DNA of 64,000 nucleotides from a virus: IMG/VR virus record IMGVR_UViG_3300047323_000673, positions 32,001 to 96,000 of that record; one strand, 5' to 3'. Shown piece by piece: positions 53,959 to 62,354 of this stretch (position 1 is its first letter; each line of letters starts with the position of its first letter). The notes under the pieces were generated by a model. It saw only the letters and a program-made list of their open reading frames with translations, ran no database searches and was not told where the DNA came from. The position numbers and the translations under genes were made by a program.

Positions 53959-55629
53959 TTAGTTCTTCAACTTAGTTTGCTTAGGTATATTAAGTAGTTT
54001 TTGTTTACAAGCATAATAATCAATACCTAAAATATCAATATTATCTTTCAATGAATGATAAGTATAATTTAATAAATTTAGTTTTTTATCTTGCTCTTGA
54101 CTACCAATAACCATTTCACTTTCATAATATTTGTGAAATAATTGACAGAGATTAACAATATTTTCACATAAAGTTTGGCTTGGATAGTCCAAAACAGAAT
54201 CTTGAATAATTTCGAAACATTTTTGAGCTTGGAAAATTATTTCTTTTTCAGCTTTATTCCAATTGTTGGACCAATTAAATTGTGTTTTATCCTCTACATC
54301 TAAACCTAATTTATAAAAAATAGAATCAATACGGGTCATTGCATTTTGAATGTATGGAGCAGATCCTCCAGAAAAGTTCAGAACAAATTGCCAATCAAAG
54401 ATATAATCTTGATTCTTATTAAACTTTAAGTCATAAAATTTCATACCTCCAACGATGCTTTTATCTAAAATTTCAGGTTTTAACTCTTCTTCTAAATTTT
54501 GGAAATATTCAGAATTAGATAGAATTGCCTTACCTTCGGTAAAAAGGTCTTCTAAATATAAAGTAGCACCTGATTTAGTTTTCAGAGGCTTTTTATTTTT
54601 ATCTAGAATAGTGCCAAACCCAACATGCTGAAGAATGACATCTTCCTTGATATAACCTGCTTTTTTAGCAACATCAAACACTTGTTCAAAGTGCAGAGCT
54701 TGACGCTTATCCACAACATAAACAATTTTGTCAGGATTAATATTTTCTTGCCGCCACTTCAAAGCAGCTAAATCATATAAAGCATAAAGAAAGTTACCAT
54801 TAGATTTTTGAATAACTAATGGGCTTTTTTTGTCAAAGAAAATAACGACTGAACTATCTTCTGATTTTTGAGCAATACCTTTGTTGAGTAAATCTTCAAG
54901 AACATCTTTGCAAAATGGTGCATAGAAACTTTCACCTTGTGTGTCTTCCAAAGTCATTTTAATACCTAGTTCCTGAAAAGTTTTTTCAGCATCAAGCATA
55001 CTTATATTGACACATTTTTTCCAAAGGTCATGAAGATTTTTATCTAAATTATTTTGAAGTTTATAAGCAACTTGCTCTGACTCTTTACTAAACTCTTCAT
55101 TTTCACTATTAAGTGCATTAGCAAGCTTATAGTATTCAGTCAATTTTTCATTAGTTAAAGTATTCTCCAAGTTATTTTTTTGGATATAGTGCAAAAGATA
55201 ACCAAATTGGTTGCCCCAGTCACCAATATGGTTCATTTTGATAACAGTATCACCATTCTTTTGATGTAAACGAGTGATATAGTCTCCAATAAACATAGAA
55301 CGAATGTGACCAATGTGCATTTTCTTGGCAACATTGACTCCACAATAGTCAACCAAGACTTTTAATGGTTCTTTTTTATCTACTTGAACATCTACTAATT
55401 TGAACTTAACAGATATAAATCCTTTTCCTGTAATGCTTACACTTTCATAATGAGGCTGCAATAGCAAATAGTTAGCTAAATCTTGAGAATCAATATCTTT
55501 ATTTCCAATAGCAATTGGAGTTTGATATTGATAGTCTTCAAAGTCTGAATAAGAAACATTAATTTTCTTGTCTAATCCTTTAATTTTTAGGTAAGACTGT
55601 AAATCTTGGGCAAATAAATTTTTATACAT
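53959..55629 (-). CDS. argS: arginine--tRNA ligase (divergent)
   Basis: VDY..NVAK.MHIGHIRS, NHIGDWGNQFG, KSNGNFLY...DLAA, YVVDKRQ.LHF, KTKSG, G.S.PYIQ motifs; lacks the usual terminal E-R-M. Confidence 0.92.
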   Translation of the reverse strand: MYKNLFAQDLQSYLKIKGLDKKINVSYSDFEDYQYQTPIAIGNKDIDSQDLANYLLLQPHYESVSITGKGFISVKFKLVDVQVDKKEPLKVLVDYCGVNVAKKMHIGHIRSMFIGDYITRLHQKNGDTVIKMNHIGDWGNQFGYLLHYIQKNNLENTLTNEKLTEYYKLANALNSENEEFSKESEQVAYKLQNNLDKNLHDLWKKCVNISMLDAEKTFQELGIKMTLEDTQGESFYAPFCKDVLEDLLNKGIAQKSEDSSVVIFFDKKSPLVIQKSNGNFLYALYDLAALKWRQENINPDKIVYVVDKRQALHFEQVFDVAKKAGYIKEDVILQHVGFGTILDKNKKPLKTKSGATLYLEDLFTEGKAILSNSEYFQNLEEELKPEILDKSIVGGMKFYDLKFNKNQDYIFDWQFVLNFSGGSAPYIQNAMTRIDSIFYKLGLDVEDKTQFNWSNNWNKAEKEIIFQAQKCFEIIQDSVLDYPSQTLCENIVNLCQLFHKYYESEMVIGSQEQDKKLNLLNYTYHSLKDNIDILGIDYYACKQKLLNIPKQTKLKN

Positions 55630-55674
55630 AGTATTCCTTAAATATTGTGGGTAATCGTAAAATCGTGTAAAAAC

Positions 55675-55697
55675 AAAAAAGCTCCATAAGGAGCCTT
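55675..55697 (-). terminator. attenuator terminator in the argS leader
   Basis: Minus strand aaggctcc-ttat-ggagc-tttttt, about 45 nt upstream of the argS ATG. Confidence 0.8.
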
Positions 55698-55725
55698 AAA
55701 GTATGAAAGTAGGATTAACCTAACT

Positions 55726-55833
55726 TTATGACGGTTTAACTTTGATTGAGCAAAGACTACCATCTACTTTTTCTCCTTGAGCGTAAATAGATGTGTGTCG
55801 CCTGCGGATAACAATATTTGCAAAATTTTTCAT
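55726..55833 (-). CDS. putative argS leader peptide (35 aa, RRR)
   Basis: MKNFANIVIRRRHTSIYAQGEKVDGSLCSIKVKPS*; Arg codons CGC AGG CGA at 55806..55798; not in the ORF track; no clear SD. Confidence 0.7.
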   Translation of the reverse strand: MKNFANIVIRRRHTSIYAQGEKVDGSLCSIKVKPS

Positions 55834-55987
55834 AAAATAAATTAATTGTATTTCAATAAAGTATATAAGTATCTTACTCTCAATTTAAGAAAAAAGAAAG
55901 AGTTTTAAGAAAATATTAATAAATGAATAGTTGTTGCAGAAATTTTTGTTTAATGATAAAGTTACAAATTAATAATAGGAAATATCT

Positions 55988-56242
55988 ATGAAAATTAATG
56001 TTTTTACAATTAGATCAAAAGCAGATAATAGTTTAATCCATGCAGAGGGAGTTCCTCATAACGAGTGCTACCCTCATTTTGATTTAGATAAAAAATGGTT
56101 GACACAAGATGATTTAACAAAAAGAAACAGAGCATGGAGAAAATGGAATAATACTTATAGCTTTGATGAGGAACTGAGACATTTATTCAATTATGAATAT
56201 GATCTAGTTAAATTTTCATTAGAAGAAATTGATTATAAATAA
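55988..56242 (+). CDS. hypothetical protein
   Basis: SD AGGA, 84 aa. Confidence 0.65.
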   Translation: MKINVFTIRSKADNSLIHAEGVPHNECYPHFDLDKKWLTQDDLTKRNRAWRKWNNTYSFDEELRHLFNYEYDLVKFSLEEIDYK

Positions 56243-56262
56243 ATTTTAAATAGGAAAAATAC

Positions 56263-56508
56263 ATGGAAATTCAATATGGTGAAGGTAAAACAAAATTTGG
56301 ACCAGGTGTAAGTATCGAACTGACTGGTGATGAAGTTGCAACAGCAATTAGTGCATGGCTTGTAGCACATGGTGTTCACTATTCTGGCCCTCGCACAATA
56401 ACCGTAAATGGTGAACTTTGCCAAAAAGGTCATATTTATGTTGATCCAAGTGGTTTTGTAATTGCAGATGGTGAAAAATTTGATGGTCGTGGTCCTGATA
56501 AGAATTAA
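56263..56508 (+). CDS. small hypothetical protein, phage-like
   Basis: SD AGGA; GPGVSIELTGDEVATAI.AWL..HG...GPRTI. Confidence 0.75.
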   Translation: MEIQYGEGKTKFGPGVSIELTGDEVATAISAWLVAHGVHYSGPRTITVNGELCQKGHIYVDPSGFVIADGEKFDGRGPDKN

Positions 56509-56584
56509 AATTTCTTATTTTTTAAAATCATTTTTGTATTAAAATATTGTTAGGAATTAATGAATAAAATTTTTAAAAAATCCC

Positions 56585-56613
56585 TTGCAATAAAATTAGG
56601 TCTGATGTACACT
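56585..56613 (+). promoter_or_regulatory. sigma70 promoter
   Basis: TTGCAA-N17-TACACT. Confidence 0.55.
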
Positions 56614-56806
56614 GTGTTCATCAAATGTGAAAACAAATTTAAGGAAAAACATCATGAAATAGATTTTTACTAATTATGCAGCACAAGCTCCTTAGTGAGT
56701 CTTTTTATTCTTTTTGTAAGAATTTATACATATTTAAATTGTTGAATTGTATAAATTAAACCAATTAGCAGTAAAAAATGACTTTCACTTATATAGGAGT
56801 ATTACC

Positions 56807-57268
56807 ATGAATAACGCAATTAATAACACCATCCTTTTCACTCCGTCAAACGAGCAACTTATCGCATTAGCTAAAGAGCATCCAGAACTCAATACTGAAA
56901 TCAAACAGCAATTATTGGATGAACTTAAAACTAAATGTATCAAATATATTAGCAATCGAGTTCATACTCGTGCTACTTCAACTTATGAAGCATTGCTTCA
57001 AAATGTTGAGAAGAAACTATTTAAGCCAGGTTCAAATAGTTACTATAACCGCACTTATAATTTTGAAGATAGTGTGGAAAAATCTATCACTAGTGCTATT
57101 GAGAAGCAATTTGCTGACAGGCTTGAGGCTGAATTTAATGAATATCTTACTTCAGATGAATTTAAGAATACATTAAAAGCTGAACTTAAGAAGCGTGTTT
57201 TAAATGCTGTTGTTAAAGCATTAGATACTGAAATTGTTAATCAAGCAAATGCATTTATCAAAGCCTAA
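56807..57268 (+). CDS. hypothetical helical protein
   Basis: Start revised to ATG 56807 (SD AGGAG). Confidence 0.75.
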   Translation: MNNAINNTILFTPSNEQLIALAKEHPELNTEIKQQLLDELKTKCIKYISNRVHTRATSTYEALLQNVEKKLFKPGSNSYYNRTYNFEDSVEKSITSAIEKQFADRLEAEFNEYLTSDEFKNTLKAELKKRVLNAVVKALDTEIVNQANAFIKA

Positions 57269-57278
57269 GGAGAAGATC

Positions 57279-57707
57279 ATGGAAAAACAATTTAGTATTA
57301 CTTTTGACTTATCTAAAATGCAGGTTCTCATTCCATCAGGCCGTTTGATGAACTTGAAGCATGAACTTAATTGGGATGATATTGATTGCAGCAGTGAAGA
57401 GATTAAACAATTAACTCAGCATGTTGCCAATCATGATTTCCAAGTTAATATGGACTTCAGTAAAAAATCAGAAGATTATGTCAATTCAATTATGAATGGC
57501 AAGTATCATCAAGAGACTCGTAAGCATAGTTATATTGAAAGAGGTATTACTCATGTCATGAATCCTAAGACTTTTACTAAAGCTACAGATGATTTAACTG
57601 ATGAATTTAAAGAGCAATTGGCAGGACTATTTGAAGAAATAAAGGAAAATGAGCTAGTAAAGAAAAAAATGCTCAAGCTTTCCCAGTTGCAGTTTATGAA
57701 TAATTAA
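57279..57707 (+). CDS. hypothetical protein
   Basis: Start revised to ATG 57279 (SD AAGGAG). Confidence 0.75.
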   Translation: MEKQFSITFDLSKMQVLIPSGRLMNLKHELNWDDIDCSSEEIKQLTQHVANHDFQVNMDFSKKSEDYVNSIMNGKYHQETRKHSYIERGITHVMNPKTFTKATDDLTDEFKEQLAGLFEEIKENELVKKKMLKLSQLQFMNN

Positions 57708-57747
57708 TTTTTAAATAATATTTACAAAGGAAATAATTATGACCTAG

Positions 57748-58080
57748 ATGTTTTGTGATTCCAAAACAGGAAAGTGTAAAGATACTGAGAAAATTTGGGG
57801 TATTGTTGGTAAAGGAACGAATAAACTTTATCGATTGACCTTTTCTCGTGGATTAGCAGAGTTTATTTGTAATAAATATCCTGGATATGAGTGTCGCCAA
57901 TTTTCATTTAAAATTGGAAGAACACTTGAGAAAGGTGAAACTAGCAGGTCAGGTCTATATGCATTAATGTCCAAGAAGGGTAATTATGCTTTAAGAATTA
58001 GCTTAATTAAAGGGATCTCTGAACTTCATTGTGATGATGATACCCGATATCTAGCTGAAGCTTGGCTAACAACAGAGTAA
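57748..58080 (+). CDS. hypothetical protein
   Basis: 110 aa, followed by a terminator. Confidence 0.65.
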   Translation: MFCDSKTGKCKDTEKIWGIVGKGTNKLYRLTFSRGLAEFICNKYPGYECRQFSFKIGRTLEKGETSRSGLYALMSKKGNYALRISLIKGISELHCDDDTRYLAEAWLTTE

Positions 58081-58085
58081 AAAAT

Positions 58086-58109
58086 AAAAGCCTCCCGATG
58101 GAGGCTTTT
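58086..58109. terminator. bidirectional intrinsic terminator
   Basis: aaaagcctcc-cgat-ggaggctttt. Confidence 0.9.
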
Positions 58110-58166
58110 TTATTGATCAAATTTTTGATTTTTTATTTATCATTTTTTGGGATATTGTATACATAT

Positions 58167-58772
58167 TTATAATTTAAGTTTTTTAGATTGATTAGTTTCA
58201 TTGATTGTTAAATCTGATTTTAATTCTTCTGCTTGTTGAATAACTTTTAATTGTTCTGCTGAAAATTTAAGTAAATACTGAAATGTAGCATAAGGAAAAT
58301 GTTCATAAAGATGTTCAAATTCTGTAATTTGTTCTTCCCTTTTATCGCAACCATGCTCAAAATAATTTCTAACTTGAGTTTTAAATCCTTTTAAATCTTT
58401 AAGGGAATTAATACAATGTTTAAAAATTCCTACTGAATCAGGAGCATATTCTAATGTAGTAATATTATTTTCATGGAATAAAAATACACTACCAACTTCT
58501 CTAGGACAATATTCTAAAGATTGCAGAAGATTGTTACCACAATTAAATTTACCTGTAACCTTAATTGGAGAACCTTTTAATGATTGTAATTTACAATTCC
58601 AAACTTCGAAATTGCCATTAACGAATCCAAATTGAACTGGTAATTGAGATAATGGTTTACTATTAAGCTTAACATCACCATCAACATCTACAGTTAAATC
58701 ATTATTTATGGTATAGCTTGTAACCTTCATTTCATCTAACCATACTTTTATTTCCCATTTACTTTTAAACAT
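58167..58772 (-). CDS. SLxGCP-type LRR-like repeat protein, C-terminally tagged
   Basis: Paralog of 50246..50854; ends ELKSDLTINETNQSKKLKL. Confidence 0.78.
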   Translation of the reverse strand: MFKSKWEIKVWLDEMKVTSYTINNDLTVDVDGDVKLNSKPLSQLPVQFGFVNGNFEVWNCKLQSLKGSPIKVTGKFNCGNNLLQSLEYCPREVGSVFLFHENNITTLEYAPDSVGIFKHCINSLKDLKGFKTQVRNYFEHGCDKREEQITEFEHLYEHFPYATFQYLLKFSAEQLKVIQQAEELKSDLTINETNQSKKLKL

Positions 58773-58784
58773 ATTGAATTCCGA

Positions 58785-59555
58785 TTAAATTTTAGGTTTT
58801 TTATTAATATTATTGGCAGAATCTAATTCATCTGTTAAAGATTGATTAAGCTCTCTTAAAGTGAACCAATTTTCTACTTGTGGAAAGTCTCCACGACCAA
58901 ATTCTGCCAATTTATCTATTGTTTCTGAATTTCTAGATATGTTCATTTCAAAAATAAAATACTTTACGATATCAAAACTACGAGAGAAATAAGCTCGAGA
59001 AAATCCTTCATTAAAAGAACTAGGATTAGTTTTAATTTCACTAACATGTTCTGATTCCAAAAGGTATTTAATAATATTTAACTGATTATGATCACATGCA
59101 GTATAATATATTTGATGAATCAAAGTATCTTTTGGTGTACTAGTATCTAAAGTGGATTCATCTAGGAAATATTTAATAATATTTAAATGACCAGCTTCTG
59201 CTGCTTCAAGTATCCCACTTGAGATAAAGCCATTATTACTTGGTTGAATTTTATTTAAAATATGACCCATAAAGTCAATAACATTAATATGGTTTTTTTT
59301 AAATCCAATATTAAGACAAGATGTAATATCTATTGGATAACCTATGAATTGTTTTAGATGTTCTGATGAGAATAAAGCTTTAACTATTTCCACATGACCA
59401 TTATTGCATGCTTCCATTAACATTTTTATAGGTATTGGATGATTAATTTTTTTAATAACATTAGAGTCAATCACTTCTTGAATAAAAACTAAATCACCTA
59501 TTGTGCATGCGTTTAATAATTGTTTATTTAATTCTTTTATATTAATATTTTTCAT
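58785..59555 (-). CDS. degenerate ankyrin-like repeat protein, C-terminally tagged
   Basis: ACNNGHVEIVKAL, AAEAGHLNIIKYF; ends LTDELDSANNINKKPKI. Confidence 0.8.
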   Translation of the reverse strand: MKNINIKELNKQLLNACTIGDLVFIQEVIDSNVIKKINHPIPIKMLMEACNNGHVEIVKALFSSEHLKQFIGYPIDITSCLNIGFKKNHINVIDFMGHILNKIQPSNNGFISSGILEAAEAGHLNIIKYFLDESTLDTSTPKDTLIHQIYYTACDHNQLNIIKYLLESEHVSEIKTNPSSFNEGFSRAYFSRSFDIVKYFIFEMNISRNSETIDKLAEFGRGDFPQVENWFTLRELNQSLTDELDSANNINKKPKI

Positions 59556-59556
59556 T

Positions 59557-60236
59557 TCACATCTTTATTTTTTTATTTGTTGATTGATTATGTTGTGTAT
59601 TATTTAAATGTTGATTTAGATTTTGATTTAAATCTCTTAAAGAAAATAATCTATCAACTTGGTTTTTAATAGGATTATGCTCTAACATTTCATCAAGATA
59701 TGTGCTTTAGGAATATTTAATTCAAATATGAGATACTGAATTAAGTCTAAATATGGTTTTTTAAAAGTTTTTGAGAATGCTTTATAGTCTTTATCTTTAA
59801 AAGAGTGATTTTCTAAATATTTTTCAGCTAAATGCTTGAATACATTTAGTTGACCATGTACACATGCTTGTTGAGTTAATAATAATAAGTATTGATGACT
59901 AATATTATCATTATTTTCATTAAGCTTAGCTTCAAAATATTGAATAGTATCTAAATGCCCTTTTTCAACAGCATAATGCATCCCTGAAATACAAGAATCT
60001 TTAAGTGATTTAGTTCTATTAAGAGTAGGGGTTTCTAAAATAAACTTTATTAAATCAGTATAACCATACATAGAGGCATGTTCAAAAAGAAAATCATGTG
60101 AGAAATTAATATCTGCATGATGTTTGAGATCAGGTGATGTTAATAGATATTTAACCAAGTCGAATTCTTTCGCATAAAAGAATGTTTTCATATCTTGGTT
60201 TATTTCATATATAGAAATTTGATTATAGTCTTTCAT
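59557..60236 (-). pseudogene. ankyrin-like tagged gene with frameshift near 59701
   Basis: ORF track stops at 59682, but the shifted frame continues YLDEML...LFSLRDLNQNLNQHL...TNKKIKM* to 59557. Confidence 0.75.
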
Positions 60237-61012
60237 AGTTTTGGCTTTTTTATAGACACATCTTCTTGATTTATTGGTAATTCTTTTTCTAATGAATTAC
60301 TAACATCTCTGATTTTAAACCAATTATTTACTTTTTCAAAATTAGAGTTAAGATTCAATTGTAAAATATTATTCATACTACTAGTTTTTACAATATTTAA
60401 TTCAAAAATAAAGTATTGTAAAATATCCATGTTACTATTATTAAATGCGGTTGCAAAAATATTATTTAAATTATTTTTTTCTGACAAATAATGAAATTCA
60501 TCTCTTTCTAAAGTGTATTTAAGGATTTCTAATTGATTATATATACAGCTAGTATTAATTACTTTTCCTATCAATTCATCTTTGTTTGTATTATTTTTTA
60601 TGGGGCAATCATCTAAAAAATATTTGACAAGCTCTATCTGTCCTTTTTCAACAGCATCCATCATTCCTGAAGAAATAAGACCATTATGATAAGCACCAAT
60701 AATATCTAGTTTAGGAATTAAAAATTTAACGACATCTGTATGGCCATATTGAAAAGCTATTTTCAAAACCTCTTTCAATATAATAGGATAATTAATATGT
60801 TTTTTAAGATGTGGTGATGAGAAAATATCTTCAACAATTTTTATATGCCCATAACCTGAAGCACATTTGAGCATTTTTCTTGGTGTAGCAGCAGTAATTT
60901 GCTTAACTAAATCTGAATCAATAACTGAAGTAACAAATTCAGTATCTCCAGTTTTACAAGCATTAATTATTTTTGTATAAAAGTCTTTTCTATTAGTATT
61001 ATTAAGTTTCAT
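60233..61012 (-). CDS. degenerate ankyrin-like repeat protein, C-terminally tagged
   Basis: ASGYGHIKIV, AVEKGQIELVKYF; ends SLEKELPINQEDVSIKKPKL. Confidence 0.8.
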   Translation of the reverse strand: MKLNNTNRKDFYTKIINACKTGDTEFVTSVIDSDLVKQITAATPRKMLKCASGYGHIKIVEDIFSSPHLKKHINYPIILKEVLKIAFQYGHTDVVKFLIPKLDIIGAYHNGLISSGMMDAVEKGQIELVKYFLDDCPIKNNTNKDELIGKVINTSCIYNQLEILKYTLERDEFHYLSEKNNLNNIFATAFNNSNMDILQYFIFELNIVKTSSMNNILQLNLNSNFEKVNNWFKIRDVSNSLEKELPINQEDVSIKKPKL

Positions 61013-61650
61013 ATTTTATTCTTTTTATTTAACGACTTATCTTGCTTTTGATTCGCTAATTCTTCATTCAAATTTTTATTTAAATCTTTTAATTCAAAAA
61101 GTCTTGCAACATCAGAGCTTTTTTCTATAAAATTATTTATATAAGGAGTTATTTCTATATTTAAATCTGAAATAAGATAATGAAGTATAGTAAATTGTTT
61201 TTTAGTATATGCTATTAGAAAAAAGCTTTCTAATAGTGTAGGTTTTTCTTTTAAATGTTTATTGAAATTTTCTTTACAAATAAGATATTTAACGATATCT
61301 AAATAGCCATTTCTAATAGCTGGAGCTATCATATTTCCTGAAAGTAAGCATTGGTTAAAATATTTATCATCGGGATATTTATCAAAAAATTCTTCTAAAA
61401 TATTTAACTTCCCCATTTGTGAGGCTATTTGTGATGCAGTACTTATACAATGTTGATATCGCACTCTTTTATATTGTGTTATTAAAAAATCTAACATTTC
61501 AATGTGTTCATACTTAATAGCTTCAGTAAGCATCATTTCTTTAGTGTTTTGATCACTTTTTTCAAACTCTATAGTTTTTAAAAAACTTTTTATTGCTGCA
61601 AGATCACCACTTCCACATGCAGAATATGCTTTTGAAATTAAATCGGACAT
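61009..61650 (-). CDS. degenerate ankyrin-like repeat protein, C-terminally tagged
   Basis: AIRNGYLDIVKYL; ends LNEELANQKQDKSLNKKNKI. Confidence 0.8.
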   Translation of the reverse strand: MSDLISKAYSACGSGDLAAIKSFLKTIEFEKSDQNTKEMMLTEAIKYEHIEMLDFLITQYKRVRYQHCISTASQIASQMGKLNILEEFFDKYPDDKYFNQCLLSGNMIAPAIRNGYLDIVKYLICKENFNKHLKEKPTLLESFFLIAYTKKQFTILHYLISDLNIEITPYINNFIEKSSDVARLFELKDLNKNLNEELANQKQDKSLNKKNKI

Positions 61651-61665
61651 TATTTAAATTTTTAA

Positions 61666-62346
61666 TCATTTAGGTGTATTTATATCATTCTTTGTTAAAT
61701 CTTTTTGTAAAGCTAGATTAGTTTCTCTTAATGCGAAAATTCTTTCCATCTCTTTTCTTTCAGGCCCAGTTATGGAAAACAAAAGGAGTTCTATTGATTT
61801 AGATTTTAATACATTACACTCTAGTATAAAATAACGAACTAAATCAGAATTACCATTATAAATACATTGTTCAAATAATTTATCAACAGAGTCAGAATCA
61901 ATTTCTACTCTAGTGTTTTTAAATATATAATCTACAATTTCTGTATGACCAAAGGAACAAGCCCTTTCCAATATTCTCATATTTTCTTTTTTTAGCTCAA
62001 TTTCTGTAGGATTAGTTCCTTTTTGTGCTTTATTAAGAAAATAATCTAATAAATCTATTTTGTTATGAGTTACCGCAAAAATTATACCATTGTGAATTAT
62101 ATTTTTTCTAGGAGTGTCAAAATTAACATCAGGACTATTTATTAGATAATCTACAATCTCCAAGTGTCCATAACCACAAGCTAATTCAAAACAACGGTTT
62201 TCATTTGCATTAGGATTAGCATGGATTTTTAATTCAGGAGATGAAAATAAATATTTAACATATTCAAGATCATTAGATTGAACTGCTTTATTGACTTCTT
62301 TATTTAGTTTTTCTTCAGATAGTTCTGCTTTAATATAATTTTTCAT
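61666..62346 (-). CDS. ankyrin-like repeat protein, tag cut by an in-frame TGA
   Basis: ACGYGHLEIVDYL; ends NTPK* followed in frame by LKI* (to 61654). Confidence 0.8.
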   Translation of the reverse strand: MKNYIKAELSEEKLNKEVNKAVQSNDLEYVKYLFSSPELKIHANPNANENRCFELACGYGHLEIVDYLINSPDVNFDTPRKNIIHNGIIFAVTHNKIDLLDYFLNKAQKGTNPTEIELKKENMRILERACSFGHTEIVDYIFKNTRVEIDSDSVDKLFEQCIYNGNSDLVRYFILECNVLKSKSIELLLFSITGPERKEMERIFALRETNLALQKDLTKNDINTPK

Positions 62347-62354
62347 TTCTAATT

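Noticed and set aside
55630..55900. T-box riboswitch upstream of argS
   Set aside because: No T-box consensus or specifier stem was recognised; the leader-peptide model fits better.
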